Shown: piece by piece, positions 17,217 to 27,948 of the stretch
Numbering within the stretch: position 1 is the first letter of the stretch
Layout of the letters: each line of letters begins with the position of its first letter
Sequence record: MT813197
DNA: 39,436 nt
DNA from: Escherichia phage vB_EcoP_Kapi1
Reading direction: 5' to 3' (one strand)
Position numbers and translations under genes: made by a program
The notes under the pieces: generated by a model
Database searches by the model: none
Seen by the model: only the letters and a program-made list of their open reading frames with translations
Told to the model about the DNA's origin: nothing

Positions 17217-17390
17217 TAGCGATAATTTTACTCATCATCCTTCACATCTGGCCCTGTAGACAGGGTGGTGATCACTTCTGGAGTGAATCCAGATTAAACA
17301 TCTCATTGCTGATGCTTGAAGTTGAGCATATGGCACGCGGTAAGGGGCTGCGTTGAGATAAGAGCCAGTCATCACAAACACCAGGATTTA

Positions 17391-17416
17391 GCCTCGCATT
17401 CGCGGGGTTTTTTATT
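17391..17416 (+). terminator. Putative terminator downstream of lysis cassette
   Basis: Weak hairpin CTCGC-ATTC-GCGGG followed by GTTTTTTATT. Confidence 0.4.
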
Positions 17417-17437
17417 CCCAACTCCATAGGTAATTTT

Positions 17438-17959
17438 ATGACCCAGCATATTGGCGTAAAACTGATTAACGCCTTTCCGATGACGAGACAGGCATATAAC
17501 GATTTTCGTGGCTGGCAGCTTCCTGCCGGAGAAAACGGCGAGGACGAAGGCTATCTTGTTGAATATCTGGATGGCGGAAAACCTAACACCGATCGCTTTG
17601 ATGGCTACGTTAGCTGGAGTCCAAAAGAAGTATTCGAAAAGGCTTATCGTCCGGTATCAGGGCTAAGTTTCGGCCTTGCCATTGAAGCGCTCAAGCAGGG
17701 TAAGAAAGTTGCCCGCGTTGGCTGGAATGGTAAGGGTATGTGGCTGGCATACGTTAAACCGTACACTGAGGCTGTTCATACTGGCAGTACGCCTTGCTTT
17801 TGCAGTCGCGTCTTTGAGTTGCCTGAAGGTACGCATGGGGAATCGAAACGAGCTCCGAAACAACTTCCGTATATCGCCATGAAAACAGCGGACGATAAAT
17901 TAGTGCCGTGGCTGGCTAGTCAGACTGATGTTCTAGCAGAAGACTGGCAAATCATTTAA
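17438..17959 (+). CDS. DUF2829-like protein (candidate Tad2-like signalling-nucleotide sponge), 173 aa
   Basis: C-terminal half ALKQGKKVARVGWNGKGMWLAY ... VPWLASQTDVLAEDWQII resembles the DUF2829 pattern as I recall it; not verified. Confidence 0.45.
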   Translation: MTQHIGVKLINAFPMTRQAYNDFRGWQLPAGENGEDEGYLVEYLDGGKPNTDRFDGYVSWSPKEVFEKAYRPVSGLSFGLAIEALKQGKKVARVGWNGKGMWLAYVKPYTEAVHTGSTPCFCSRVFELPEGTHGESKRAPKQLPYIAMKTADDKLVPWLASQTDVLAEDWQII

Positions 17960-18262
17960 CCATGTAGGCATTACAAAGCCCATCTACGGGTGGGCTTGAT
18001 AATGAAACCGGAATTTATTCTGGGCAACCAATTAACGGCAGTACCACGAAGCAACCCAAGCCAGTAAGTGGGGAAATAACACTGGCAGCCACTGAAAGAT
18101 GAACCTCCTGCCTTATGGCAAAAAAGATTCTTTGTGGTGGCGGACTGATGGAAAGACATCGGTTATTGCAGAGGTCATTCAATGAGTGGTCTCGACAATG
18201 GCTTATACCCTACACGGGATAACTTAATTGATATCCCTTTTAACGGATAAACGGAGCCAACA

Positions 18263-18505
18263 ATGGCAGAGATTATTCCCATGACTGAAGAACAGAAATT
18301 CCAGTTAGAGATTTACAAACTGGTCATGAACCAGAACGCAGCCGCAGAGGAAGCATTTCAGTTCATTGGCACTGACGAACTGAAGCTTGAGCTATTCAAA
18401 ATTCACTTTCAGTCAGGCGGCGCTAATTCAGATATCACGACCCGAACTATCGAAGCGGTGCGTAAATCGAAGGAAGCGTTAGACCTGTTCACCACCGGAG
18501 CATGA
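18263..18505 (+). CDS. Hypothetical protein (80 aa)
   Basis: ORF with GGAG RBS, between lysis and terminase genes. Confidence 0.5.
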   Translation: MAEIIPMTEEQKFQLEIYKLVMNQNAAAEEAFQFIGTDELKLELFKIHFQSGGANSDITTRTIEAVRKSKEALDLFTTGA

Positions 18506-18506
18506 T

Positions 18507-18683
18507 GTGAGCCGCGTAATCAATTTGGGTAAGGAGAAGAAATTCCCAATTACTCAAGAGCTATACGAGCGGCTGGAAAGCGTCATCCATGATTACGATG
18601 GTGAAATCAGTTTATGCGAGGCGATTGGTACACTCGAATTGCTGAAGCAGTCACTGATTGAAGGCGCGAAAGAGTCCTCAGCC
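18507..18683 (+). CDS. Possible small ORF (58 aa, GTG start)
   Basis: GTG overlapping preceding stop, AAGGAGAAG motif nearby; below ORF-track cut-off. Confidence 0.3.
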
Positions 18684-18703
18684 TGAAATGACAATTAAGT
18701 GAG

Positions 18704-19132
18704 ATGAATATGGCGACTGAACCAAAAGCTGGTCGCCCCTCTGATTATATGCCGGAGGTGGCTGACGATATCTGCTCGTTGCTTTCTTCTGGCGAAAGTT
18801 TGCTGAAAGTATGTAAGCGTCCTGGTATGCCGGATAAGTCCACTGTTTTCCGCTGGTTGGCAAAGCATGAGGATTTTCGCGACAAGTACGCGAAGGCAAC
18901 TGAGGCACGAGCTGATTCTATTTTCGAAGAGATATTCGAAATTGCTGACAATGCGATTCCAGATGCTGCTGAGGTGGCAAAGGCAAGACTTCGCGTTGAT
19001 ACCCGCAAATGGGCGCTGGCCCGAATGAATCCCCGTAAGTATGGCGACAAGGTAACAAACGAGCTTGTCGGCAAAGACGGCGGCGCAATCCAGATTGAAA
19101 CATCACCGATGAGTACTCTATTCGGAAAATGA
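18704..19132 (+). CDS. Terminase small subunit (Sf6 gp1-like)
   Basis: (M)ATEPKAGRPSDYMPEVADDICSLLSSGESLLKVCKRPGMPDKSTVFRWL; matches Sf6 small terminase as recalled. Confidence 0.85.
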   Translation: MNMATEPKAGRPSDYMPEVADDICSLLSSGESLLKVCKRPGMPDKSTVFRWLAKHEDFRDKYAKATEARADSIFEEIFEIADNAIPDAAEVAKARLRVDTRKWALARMNPRKYGDKVTNELVGKDGGAIQIETSPMSTLFGK

Positions 19133-20544
19133 CCTCGATTAATCCTATCTTTGAACCGTTCATTGAGGCGCATCGCTACAAAGTCGCCAAAGGCGGTCGA
19201 GGTAGCGGTAAGTCATGGGCAATTGCGAGGCTGCTTGTTGAAGCGGCGCGTCGGCAGCCTGTGCGTATTCTCTGCGCTCGTGAACTGCAAAACAGTATCA
19301 GCGATTCGGTAATCCGGTTGCTTGAAGACACCATCGAGCGGGAAGGGTATTCGGCTGAGTTTGAAATTCAGCGTTCAATGATTCGTCATCTCGGAACGAA
19401 CGCTGAATTCATGTTCTACGGCATCAAAAACAACCCGACGAAGATTAAATCGCTCGAAGGCATTGATATCTGCTGGGTGGAAGAAGCGGAAGCGGTAACA
19501 AAGGAATCGTGGGATATCCTGATCCCAACCATCCGTAAGCCGTTCTCTGAAATATGGGTGAGCTTTAACCCGAAGAACATCCTCGACGATACCTATCAGC
19601 GATTCGTAGTAAATCCTCCCGATGATATTTGCCTGCTGACGGTGAACTACACCGACAACCCGCACTTTCCTGAAGTTCTCCGTCTGGAGATGGAAGAGTG
19701 CAAACGCAGAAATCCGACACTGTATCGTCACATCTGGCTTGGTGAGCCAGTAAGCGCAAGTGATATGGCAATCATCAAACGTGAATGGCTTGAAGCCGCA
19801 ACCGATGCGCACAAGAAACTCGGATGGAAGGCGAAAGGCGCTGTTGTCTCTGCGCATGACCCGTCAGATACAGGACCGGATGCTAAAGGTTATGCATCGC
19901 GTCACGGTTCGGTGGTTAAGCGCATTGCCGAAGGTCTGCTGATGGACATCAACGAGGGTGCTGACTGGGCTACTTCGCTGGCGATTGAAGACGGCGCTGA
20001 TCATTACCTGTGGGATGGCGATGGTGTCGGTGCAGGGCTACGCAGACAGACAACGGAAGCGTTCTCCGGCAAGAAAATCACCGCCACGATGTTCAAGGGC
20101 AGCGAATCGCCATTCGATGAAGACGCGCCGTATCAGGCCGGAGCATGGGCTGATGAAGTCGTACAGGGTGACAACGTTCGCACTATTGGCGATGTTTTCC
20201 GCAATAAGCGAGCGCAATTCTATTACGCACTGGCTGATAGGCTGTATCTGACATATCGGGCGGTTGTTCACGGTGAGTATGCAGACCCCGACGACATGCT
20301 GAGTTTCGACAAAGAAGCGATAGGCGAGAAGATGCTGGAGAAGCTGTTTGCAGAACTGACGCAGATTCAGCGCAAATTCAATAACAACGGGAAGCTTGAG
20401 CTAATGACTAAGGTCGAAATGAAGCAGAAGCTCGGTATTCCATCTCCTAACCTGGCTGATGCGCTGATGATGTGTATGCATTGCCCGGAGTCGGCTGCGC
20501 AACCCGACTATTCCAGTTACTCAATTCCTTGTGGTGTAGGTTGA
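19129..20544 (+). CDS. Terminase large subunit
   Basis: 471 aa; Walker A GGRGSGKS; nuclease domain in C-terminal half. Confidence 0.9.
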   Translation: MTSINPIFEPFIEAHRYKVAKGGRGSGKSWAIARLLVEAARRQPVRILCARELQNSISDSVIRLLEDTIEREGYSAEFEIQRSMIRHLGTNAEFMFYGIKNNPTKIKSLEGIDICWVEEAEAVTKESWDILIPTIRKPFSEIWVSFNPKNILDDTYQRFVVNPPDDICLLTVNYTDNPHFPEVLRLEMEECKRRNPTLYRHIWLGEPVSASDMAIIKREWLEAATDAHKKLGWKAKGAVVSAHDPSDTGPDAKGYASRHGSVVKRIAEGLLMDINEGADWATSLAIEDGADHYLWDGDGVGAGLRRQTTEAFSGKKITATMFKGSESPFDEDAPYQAGAWADEVVQGDNVRTIGDVFRNKRAQFYYALADRLYLTYRAVVHGEYADPDDMLSFDKEAIGEKMLEKLFAELTQIQRKFNNNGKLELMTKVEMKQKLGIPSPNLADALMMCMHCPESAAQPDYSSYSIPCGVG

Positions 20545-20545
20545 T

Positions 20546-22744
20546 ATGGCAGAAAAAAAGATGACTGACTGGCATCGCAAGGTGCTGTGCAACTTTGATA
20601 ATGCCTGGTCAGCAACGCAGGATATGCGTGAGCAGATTATTGAGGCTCAACGTTTCGTCCGGGTATCCGGCGCACAGTGGGAAGGCAGCACAAACGCTGG
20701 TTACTCATTTGATGAAGGCAGGTTTGAGCATTATCCGCGCTTTGAACTAAATAAGATTGCCCGTGAATGTGATCGCATCATTGGCGAGTATCGACAGAAT
20801 CGCATCAGCGTTAAATTCAGGCCGAAGGACGATAAGGCATCGGAAGCGTTAGCCGAAAAGATGAACGGCAAATTCCGCGCTGACTATCAGGAAACATCCG
20901 GTGGCGAAGCGTGTGATAACGCATTTGATGATGCTGTAACGGGCGGATTCGGTTGTTTCCGCATGTGTGCCGATTACGAGGATGAAATGGATCCGAGTAA
21001 CGAGCAACGCCGTATAAGCCTTCTTCCTGTTTACGACCCAGCGACATGCGTCTTCTTCGATCAGGACAGCAAGCAATATGACCGCTCTGATGCTATGTGG
21101 GCTATGGAAATGTTCTCCATGACACCTAAAGCGTTCGAAGCTGAATACCCTGACTCCATCGCGGCAAGCCTTTCTCGTGATGACACTGGTACTCAGTATG
21201 ACTGGTCAACGCCCGATGCCATCTATGTTGGACGCTACTACGAAGTTCGCATAGAGAAGGTGAAGCTCACGGCGTGGCGCAACCCTGTTAGCGGAGAAAC
21301 GGCAATCTATGATGAAGAGCAAATCAAAGATATTGTCGACGAGCTGACCGATGGTGCATTCGAACTGATTGGCGAGCGAACGGTGAAGAAGCGCCGCGTT
21401 TATTGCGGTCTTCTGTCTGGCGCTGAATGGCTGGAAGAACCGAAGCGTATTCCGGGCGAACATATTCCTCTCATCCCGGTATATGGGCGTCGCTCATTTG
21501 TTGATAATCAGGAGCGAATCGAAGGTCACGCAGCAAAAGCGATGGATGCACAGCGTCTTGAGAACCTGATGGTTTCCATGATTGCAGATAACGCTACTCA
21601 GGCTGGCGGTGATGGCATTCCTGTAGTTGATGTTGACATGATTCCTGGTCCTCTCGCCACTCATTGGGCGGAGCGCAACAAAAAGCGCCCGGCGTTCCTG
21701 CCGATGGTCAGTCTGAAAAACAAAAACGGAGATATTACTGCGCAGGCTCAGGTCAGCAGTTATACACCTCCGACACAAATGCCTCCTGCTCTTGCCGGGT
21801 TATTGCAGTACACCGGAACGGCTATTCAGCAAATTACCGGTGCTTCGCAGCTTGAGAACATGCCGAGCAACGTCGCTACCGATACCGTTGATAGTATCTT
21901 TAACCGGATGGATACGCAGTCCTATATCTACATGGACAACATGGCTAAATCCATGCGCCGCGCTGGCGTTGTGTGGCTTTCTATGGCACGTGAGGTCTAT
22001 GGCAGTGATACGCCGATGCGCATCGTTAATGAGGACGGCAGCGATGACGTGGCGCTGATGACTGGTGAAGTGGTTGACCGTCAGACAGGGCAGGTTATCG
22101 CGCTTAACGACCTTTCGCAGGGTAACTATGAAGTGACTGTCGATGTTGGTCAGTCGTTCGCTACTCGCCGTGATGCAACGGTTAAGTCGTTACTTTCCAT
22201 GCTGGCACTTATCCCACCAGGAACGCCGAAGCACGACCTTGTATCGTCGATGATTCTCGACAATATGGACGGCGAAGGGATGGACGACCTTAAAGAATAC
22301 AACCGCAATCAGTTGCTTCTGTCTGGAGTTATCAAGCCGAGAACACCAGAAGAACAGCAGATGGTTGAGCAGGCGAAACAACAACAGGCCAGTCAGCCAG
22401 ATCCGGCTATGGTTGCTGCGCAAGGTCAGCTTCTTGCTGGTCAGGCTGAATTGCAGAAAGCGCAGAACGAACAGGCAGCCATTCAGGTTAAAGCATTCCA
22501 GGCACAGACTGATGCTCAGGTTGCAGCGGCAAATGTTGTGAAAATCCTCGCATCTGCCGATAGCCAGCAGAAATCTGATATCCGCGAGGCTCTGAAACTG
22601 CTCGGACAGTTCCAGCAACAGCAAGGAGACAATGCCCGTGCTGATGCAGAGCTTGTCCTGAAAAGTCAGGCACAGGGCCATGCGCAGCGCATGGACATCA
22701 GCAGCATCCTGAAAAAATCAACTCAGCAACAACCACAGCAGTAA
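20546..22744 (+). CDS. Portal protein (P22 gp1-like)
   Basis: 732 aa; GEHIPLIPVYG, DPAMVAAQGQLLAGQAELQKAQNEQ, RADAELVLKSQAQGHAQRMDI parallel P22 portal. Confidence 0.9.
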   Translation: MAEKKMTDWHRKVLCNFDNAWSATQDMREQIIEAQRFVRVSGAQWEGSTNAGYSFDEGRFEHYPRFELNKIARECDRIIGEYRQNRISVKFRPKDDKASEALAEKMNGKFRADYQETSGGEACDNAFDDAVTGGFGCFRMCADYEDEMDPSNEQRRISLLPVYDPATCVFFDQDSKQYDRSDAMWAMEMFSMTPKAFEAEYPDSIAASLSRDDTGTQYDWSTPDAIYVGRYYEVRIEKVKLTAWRNPVSGETAIYDEEQIKDIVDELTDGAFELIGERTVKKRRVYCGLLSGAEWLEEPKRIPGEHIPLIPVYGRRSFVDNQERIEGHAAKAMDAQRLENLMVSMIADNATQAGGDGIPVVDVDMIPGPLATHWAERNKKRPAFLPMVSLKNKNGDITAQAQVSSYTPPTQMPPALAGLLQYTGTAIQQITGASQLENMPSNVATDTVDSIFNRMDTQSYIYMDNMAKSMRRAGVVWLSMAREVYGSDTPMRIVNEDGSDDVALMTGEVVDRQTGQVIALNDLSQGNYEVTVDVGQSFATRRDATVKSLLSMLALIPPGTPKHDLVSSMILDNMDGEGMDDLKEYNRNQLLLSGVIKPRTPEEQQMVEQAKQQQASQPDPAMVAAQGQLLAGQAELQKAQNEQAAIQVKAFQAQTDAQVAAANVVKILASADSQQKSDIREALKLLGQFQQQQGDNARADAELVLKSQAQGHAQRMDISSILKKSTQQQPQQ

Positions 22745-22834
22745 TTAACCCATAACGTGCAATGGCTGTCTTTATGAGGCCTGGCACCCTATTGCCTTCC
22801 GATGGGCTGAACATCGAGTAAACAGGGGTAACAA

Positions 22835-23728
22835 ATGGACCAGATGGCAGAAAACACACCAGAAGTTGAAATCGAAACCGACGCGTCAGAGCAGATTCCT
22901 GATGATGTCGAACTGGCTGAAGAAGTCGAAACAGAAGATGGCAGTGAGTCCTCCGGCAATGATGCAGAGGAAGCTACTGAAACTGATGACGACGAATCAG
23001 AACAGGAATTCTACTTTGGTGACGAAAAGCTGGATTCGCCAACCAGCGAAGATGGCGCAGAGCATGGACTGGTAAAACACCTGCGCAAGACGATTAAAGA
23101 GAAAGACCGTGAGCTGAAAGAGCTGATGCGTCAGTCTCAGAAACCCGTCGAGCATCAGCCGGTAATCACTCAACCACCGCGAATGCCAAAACTGGATGAT
23201 GAGGACATCGGTTTCGATGAAGAAATCTACCAGCAACGCATGGCTAAGTGGGCAGAGGATAACGGCAAGTACCAGCAACAGGAGATGGCTCGCAAGCAGA
23301 AGGAGCAGGAGCTTCAGGCTGCCTATCAAGAGCGATTATCCAAATATCAGCAACGTGTTAAGGCTCTCAAAGTTCCTGGCTATCAGGAAGCTGAGCAGGC
23401 CGTACTCGAGGAAATTCCCATCGAGACACAAAACGCGATCCTGTTTGAGTCAGAGAAGCCGGAAATCGTTGTTCTGGCACTCGGTCGCAACGCTGAACTG
23501 CGCAAGCAACTGGCAGAAGCTACCAACCCCGTAGCAATTGGTCGTCTGCTAGAACGTATCGAATCTAAGGCCAGAATCATGCCAAAAGCAAAAACCACGG
23601 CAGCCACAACCCCGACAGTTAAGGGGAGCAACGGCGCAGTAATCAACAACCTCGACAAACTGAAAGCCAGGGCGCTGGAAACTGGTGACTGGACGCCGTA
23701 TTTCGCCGCTAAAAAGGCAAAAAAATAA
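22835..23728 (+). CDS. Scaffolding protein (P22 gp8-like)
   Basis: 297 aa, acidic N-terminus, coiled-coil rich, between portal and coat. Confidence 0.8.
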   Translation: MDQMAENTPEVEIETDASEQIPDDVELAEEVETEDGSESSGNDAEEATETDDDESEQEFYFGDEKLDSPTSEDGAEHGLVKHLRKTIKEKDRELKELMRQSQKPVEHQPVITQPPRMPKLDDEDIGFDEEIYQQRMAKWAEDNGKYQQQEMARKQKEQELQAAYQERLSKYQQRVKALKVPGYQEAEQAVLEEIPIETQNAILFESEKPEIVVLALGRNAELRKQLAEATNPVAIGRLLERIESKARIMPKAKTTAATTPTVKGSNGAVINNLDKLKARALETGDWTPYFAAKKAKK

Positions 23729-23746
23729 CCTATCGGAGCATTAAGC

Positions 23747-25000
23747 ATGTCTAACCAATTAGCAAAAGACCTTGAAATCATGTTCGAAAACTACGTTGAA
23801 GGCTTTGAGGCCGCCTGCGTAGTTTCCCGTAACGCTAAAAAATTCCGTCCCGGTGATACAGCAATGCAGCGAGCAGGTGATGTTCTGTATCGTCCGCAGC
23901 ATTACCACATGAACATTGAGGAAGGCCTTGATCTCAGCAGCAAAACACCAACAGCACTGGTTCAGCGCCTTGTTCCTTCAGTGTTCAAGGAGCCGAAAAA
24001 CATTCTGTACACTCTGGATGCGCGTGAAATGCGTGACCCGGAACATAAAACTGAAGCTGGTCGCGCCGCAGGTATGCGCCTTGCTGCACAGATTGACTCT
24101 GACCTGATTTCCATGGTCACGCAGCGTGCTACTAACGTGATCACAATGGCTGACTCAACCACTGGTTCACAGGGCCGCGATTTGTGGAACTGTGCGGCAG
24201 GTATTGATGCCACCATGACGGCGATTGGCGTACCTCAGGGTATCAACCGCCGCTCTTTCTGGAACCCCTTCAACTATAAAGACCTTGCTGGCGAGCTTGG
24301 TCACCGTGCCTATGCTCAGGGCGCAACCCTGACAGCATACGAAAAAGCGCAGATCCCTCCGGTTGCGTCCTTCGATAGCTACAAGACCGATATTTCTGGT
24401 CGTGTTCCGAAGGGTACAGCAACTTCCATTACGCTGGCAGCAGCACCTGCGCACAAGGTTGAAGCGAAAGATGCTAACGATATGCCAGTGGATAACCGAC
24501 AGGGGACCATTACGGTATCTGCTGAAGGTTTGCAGGTTGGCGATGCGTTCACCATTGCAGGCGTGAATTCTGTACACCAGATCACCAAAGATACCACCGG
24601 GCAGCCGCAGGTATTCCGCGTTCTGGCAGTTAGCGGAACGACAGTAACTATCTCCCCGAAAATTCTGCCGCCTGACAACGCGGATGTCGCCAGCCGTCCA
24701 TATGCAAACGTTGATGCTAATGCGGCAAGTAGCGCAGCAATCACCATTCTCAACAAAAATGCCGCACCGGCTAACCTGTTCTGGGCTGATGGTTCTGTTG
24801 AACTGATGTACGGCAAACTGGCGTTCCCAACTGGTCAGGGTCCACAGGTAATGACGGCAACCACCGAGCAGGGCGCTACGCTGATCATGTCTTACGCCTT
24901 CGACCACATCAAAGGCGTAACCACTGCGCGTTTCACCACTCTGTACGGTTGCTCTGTACTGGTTCCTGAATATACGGGCATCGTTATTGCCGGGCAGTAA
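23747..25000 (+). CDS. Major capsid (coat) protein, P22-like
   Basis: 417 aa, position after scaffold; weak motif similarity (YANV, FWAD) to P22 coat. Confidence 0.85.
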   Translation: MSNQLAKDLEIMFENYVEGFEAACVVSRNAKKFRPGDTAMQRAGDVLYRPQHYHMNIEEGLDLSSKTPTALVQRLVPSVFKEPKNILYTLDAREMRDPEHKTEAGRAAGMRLAAQIDSDLISMVTQRATNVITMADSTTGSQGRDLWNCAAGIDATMTAIGVPQGINRRSFWNPFNYKDLAGELGHRAYAQGATLTAYEKAQIPPVASFDSYKTDISGRVPKGTATSITLAAAPAHKVEAKDANDMPVDNRQGTITVSAEGLQVGDAFTIAGVNSVHQITKDTTGQPQVFRVLAVSGTTVTISPKILPPDNADVASRPYANVDANAASSAAITILNKNAAPANLFWADGSVELMYGKLAFPTGQGPQVMTATTEQGATLIMSYAFDHIKGVTTARFTTLYGCSVLVPEYTGIVIAGQ

Positions 25001-25007
25001 TTTTGGT

Positions 25008-25030
25008 GGGGCTTCGGCCCCATTTTTATT
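25008..25030 (+). terminator. Hairpin terminator/attenuator after coat gene
   Basis: GGGGC-TTCG-GCCCC followed by ATTTTTATT. Confidence 0.5.
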
Positions 25031-25041
25031 GGGAGAAGACA

Positions 25042-25230
25042 ATGGCACGAACAATGCTCTATAAGCCTGGCAACATGATCACCTGTGGTCAGTTTGCTGT
25101 CGATTACATCATTGTTGATGACGAAGAAGTTAAATCTCACCTGAAAAAAGGTTGGGTAAAAACTCCTGAAGAAACCGCAACGAAGCAAAAAGTGGCTAAG
25201 GCGGAAGAAGATGGCGAAAACGAAGGGTGA
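25042..25230 (+). CDS. Hypothetical small protein (62 aa)
   Basis: ATG at 25042 with GGGAGAAG RBS downstream of hairpin; ORF-track start 25003 lies inside the hairpin. Confidence 0.5.
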   Translation: MARTMLYKPGNMITCGQFAVDYIIVDDEEVKSHLKKGWVKTPEETATKQKVAKAEEDGENEG

Positions 25231-25672
25231 TCTCGTTCTAAAGGCTTTACGAAAAGCCGGGCTGTATTCCAATGCCACGTTGACAGATGCTGACCCTCAG
25301 GCAATTGAAGATGCCATTAATGACCTCGAAGACATGATGGCAGCATGGCAGGCGAAAGGTATCGAGCTTGGGTATCAGTTTGCTGATACAGAACACGGCA
25401 TCATGCCGTTACCTGACGATGATTCAGGTATCCCTGCATGGGCAAATGATGGCGTCGCTTTGAAACTCGCTGTGCAAGTGTGCATGGATAACGTCATTCA
25501 GCCGTCAGACGCTCTCCTTACCGCTGCTGACAGTGCATACCAGACAATTTGCATCGCTTTAACCAAAATACCACCACTTGAGCGGCGAAATGACATGCCT
25601 CGCGGTAGTGGCAACAAAAGCGCGTTTACGTGGAATCGGTTTTACATCGAGAAAGATGATCCGAGTACGTGA
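25211..25672 (+). CDS. Tail accessory factor (P22 gp4-like)
   Basis: 153 aa; KTKGDLVLKALRKAGL...ATLTDADPQAIEDAINDLEDMMAAW parallels P22 gp4. Confidence 0.8.
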   Translation: MAKTKGDLVLKALRKAGLYSNATLTDADPQAIEDAINDLEDMMAAWQAKGIELGYQFADTEHGIMPLPDDDSGIPAWANDGVALKLAVQVCMDNVIQPSDALLTAADSAYQTICIALTKIPPLERRNDMPRGSGNKSAFTWNRFYIEKDDPST

Positions 25673-25681
25673 GGTGAATAA

Positions 25682-27100
25682 ATGCCGATTCAGCAACTTC
25701 CGCTTATGAAAGGTGTCGGCAAAGACTTCCGAAACGCCGACTATATCGACTATCTGCCAGTGAATATGTTGGCCACACCCAAAGAAATCCTGAACAGCAG
25801 CGGATATCTTCGCTCATTCCCGGGCATTGCCAAACGCTCTGATGTGAACGGTGTATCGCGCGGCGTCGAGTACAACATGGCGCAGAGTGCTGTTTATCGT
25901 GTGTGTGGTGGCAAGCTGTATAAGGGCGAAAGTGAAGTCGGCGATGTTGCCGGAAGTGGTCGCGTATCAATGGCACATGGTCGGACATCACAGGCGGTAG
26001 GCGTTAATGGTCAACTGGTCGAGTATCGCTATGATGGCACGGTTAAAACCGTCTCAAACTGGCCTACAGACAGCGGATTCACACAGTACGAGTTAGGTTC
26101 AGTCCGTGACATTACGCGCTTACGTGGGCGTTATGCGTGGTCAAAAGACGGCACTGATTCATGGTTTATCACTGACCTTGAAGATGAATCGCACCCTGAC
26201 CGATACAGCGCACAATATCGCGCAGAGTCGCAGCCTGACGGCATCATCGGCATAGGTACATGGCGAGACTTCATAGTCTGCTTTGGTTCGTCGACGATTG
26301 AATATTTCTCCCTGACAGGTGCAACCACCGTTGGTGCTGCTTTGTATGTCGCCCAGCCATCGCTGATGGTGCAGAAAGGCATTGCCGGGACTTACTGCAA
26401 AACGCCGTTTGCTGATTCGTATGCGTTCATCAGTAATCCGGCAACGGGTGCGCCGTCTGTATACATCATTGGCTCCGGGCAGGTGTCACCAATCGCCAGC
26501 GCGAGCATTGAGAAAATCCTCCGCTCCTACACTGCTGATGAACTGGCTGATGGCGTGATGGAGTCTCTGCGATTTGATGCGCATGAACTGCTGATTATCC
26601 ATCTTCCGCGCCATGTCCTCGTATACGACGCATCTTCAAGCGCTAATGGTCCGCAATGGTGTGTGCTGAAAACAGGCCTGTATGACGATGTGTACCGCGC
26701 TATCGACTTCATTTACGAAGGCAATCAGATAACGTGCGGCGATAAGCTGGAATCTGTTACCGGGAAACTGCAGTTCGATATCAGCAGCCAGTACGACAAG
26801 CAACAGGAACACCTGCTGTTTACTCCGTTGTTCAAAGCGGATAACGCCAGAGTGTTCGACCTTGAGGTTGAATCTTCAACTGGCGTTGCTCAGTATGCTG
26901 ACCGCCTGTTCCTCTCGGCAACCACTGATGGCATCAATTACGGCCGTGAGCAGATGATTGAGCAGAATGAACCGTTCGTTTACGACAAGCGCGTTTTGTG
27001 GAAACGAGTAGGGCGCATCAGGAAAAATGTCGGCTTCAAATTGCGCGTTATCACTAAGTCACCTGTCACTCTGTCAGGCTGCCAGATAAGGATCGAGTAA
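25682..27100 (+). CDS. Tail accessory factor (P22 gp10-like)
   Basis: 472 aa, same length and position as P22 gp10. Confidence 0.8.
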   Translation: MPIQQLPLMKGVGKDFRNADYIDYLPVNMLATPKEILNSSGYLRSFPGIAKRSDVNGVSRGVEYNMAQSAVYRVCGGKLYKGESEVGDVAGSGRVSMAHGRTSQAVGVNGQLVEYRYDGTVKTVSNWPTDSGFTQYELGSVRDITRLRGRYAWSKDGTDSWFITDLEDESHPDRYSAQYRAESQPDGIIGIGTWRDFIVCFGSSTIEYFSLTGATTVGAALYVAQPSLMVQKGIAGTYCKTPFADSYAFISNPATGAPSVYIIGSGQVSPIASASIEKILRSYTADELADGVMESLRFDAHELLIIHLPRHVLVYDASSSANGPQWCVLKTGLYDDVYRAIDFIYEGNQITCGDKLESVTGKLQFDISSQYDKQQEHLLFTPLFKADNARVFDLEVESSTGVAQYADRLFLSATTDGINYGREQMIEQNEPFVYDKRVLWKRVGRIRKNVGFKLRVITKSPVTLSGCQIRIE

Positions 27101-27948
27101 TGGCTGATTCGAATCTCAATGAGCCGGTAATCATTCAGGCTACACGACTCGACACATCAGTCCTTCCACGCAATATCTTCTCGCAGTCATATCTGCTGTA
27201 CGTTATCGCACAGGGTGCTGATGTTGGTAACGTGGCTAACAAGGCCAACGAGGCCGGACAGGGCGCTTATGATGCACAGGTCAGGAACGATGAGCAGGAT
27301 GTGATTCTCGCTGACCATGAGCAGCGAATTTCTGCTGCGGAAGCAACGCTTGTTAATCATGAGGAGCGAATCAGCCAGGCAGAATCAACTCTTCAGGAAC
27401 ATGAAACGCGAATCGCTCAGAATGAAAGCGATATTGCGTCGCTTGATACCAGAGTTCAGTCGCTGGAATCGCAGGTTTCAGACCATGAAACGCGCATCGA
27501 TGCTCTGGAGTATGCCACTACTCGCAAGAAGTCAGAGGTTGTTTACTCTGGCGTATCTGTAACCATCCCGACAGCGCCGACCAACCTTGTTAGCCTGCTG
27601 AAAACGCTCACGCCGTCATCCGGGACGTTGGCACTATTCTTTGACACTGTTAACAACAAGATGGTTGTGTTCAACGAGAACAAAACCTTGTTCTTCAAGC
27701 TGTCGATCGTCGGGACGTGGCCCAGCGGAACCGCCAACAGGTCAATGCAGCTAACCTTTTCCGGCTCTGTTCCTGACACGTTGGTCAGCAGTCGTAATGC
27801 GGCGACAACAACCGATAACATCTTGTTAGCTACGTTCTTCAGCGTGGATAAAGACGGCTTTCTTGCCACAAATGGCAGCACGTTAACCATTCAGTCAAAT
27901 GGTGCGGCGTTTACTGCCACAACCATCAAAATCATTGCGGAGCAGTGA
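27100..27948 (+). CDS. Tail needle (P22 gp26-like, Sf6-type with C-terminal knob)
   Basis: 282 aa; heptad coiled coil with repeated HE.RI motifs, then beta-rich C-terminal domain. Confidence 0.8.
   Translation: MADSNLNEPVIIQATRLDTSVLPRNIFSQSYLLYVIAQGADVGNVANKANEAGQGAYDAQVRNDEQDVILADHEQRISAAEATLVNHEERISQAESTLQEHETRIAQNESDIASLDTRVQSLESQVSDHETRIDALEYATTRKKSEVVYSGVSVTIPTAPTNLVSLLKTLTPSSGTLALFFDTVNNKMVVFNENKTLFFKLSIVGTWPSGTANRSMQLTFSGSVPDTLVSSRNAATTTDNILLATFFSVDKDGFLATNGSTLTIQSNGAAFTATTIKIIAEQ

Noticed and set aside
17971-18159. 62-aa minus-strand ORF in the gap upstream of the terminase genes
   Set aside because: Opposite to all surrounding transcription, no RBS, Cys/Trp-rich odd composition; likely non-coding.
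19375-25054. Long antisense ORFs inside terminase, portal, scaffold and coat genes (e.g. 19375-19857, 22190-22681, 23383-23781, 24167-25054, minus strand)
   Set aside because: They lie entirely antisense within strongly supported structural genes, lack RBS and have low-complexity composition; treated as frame artefacts.
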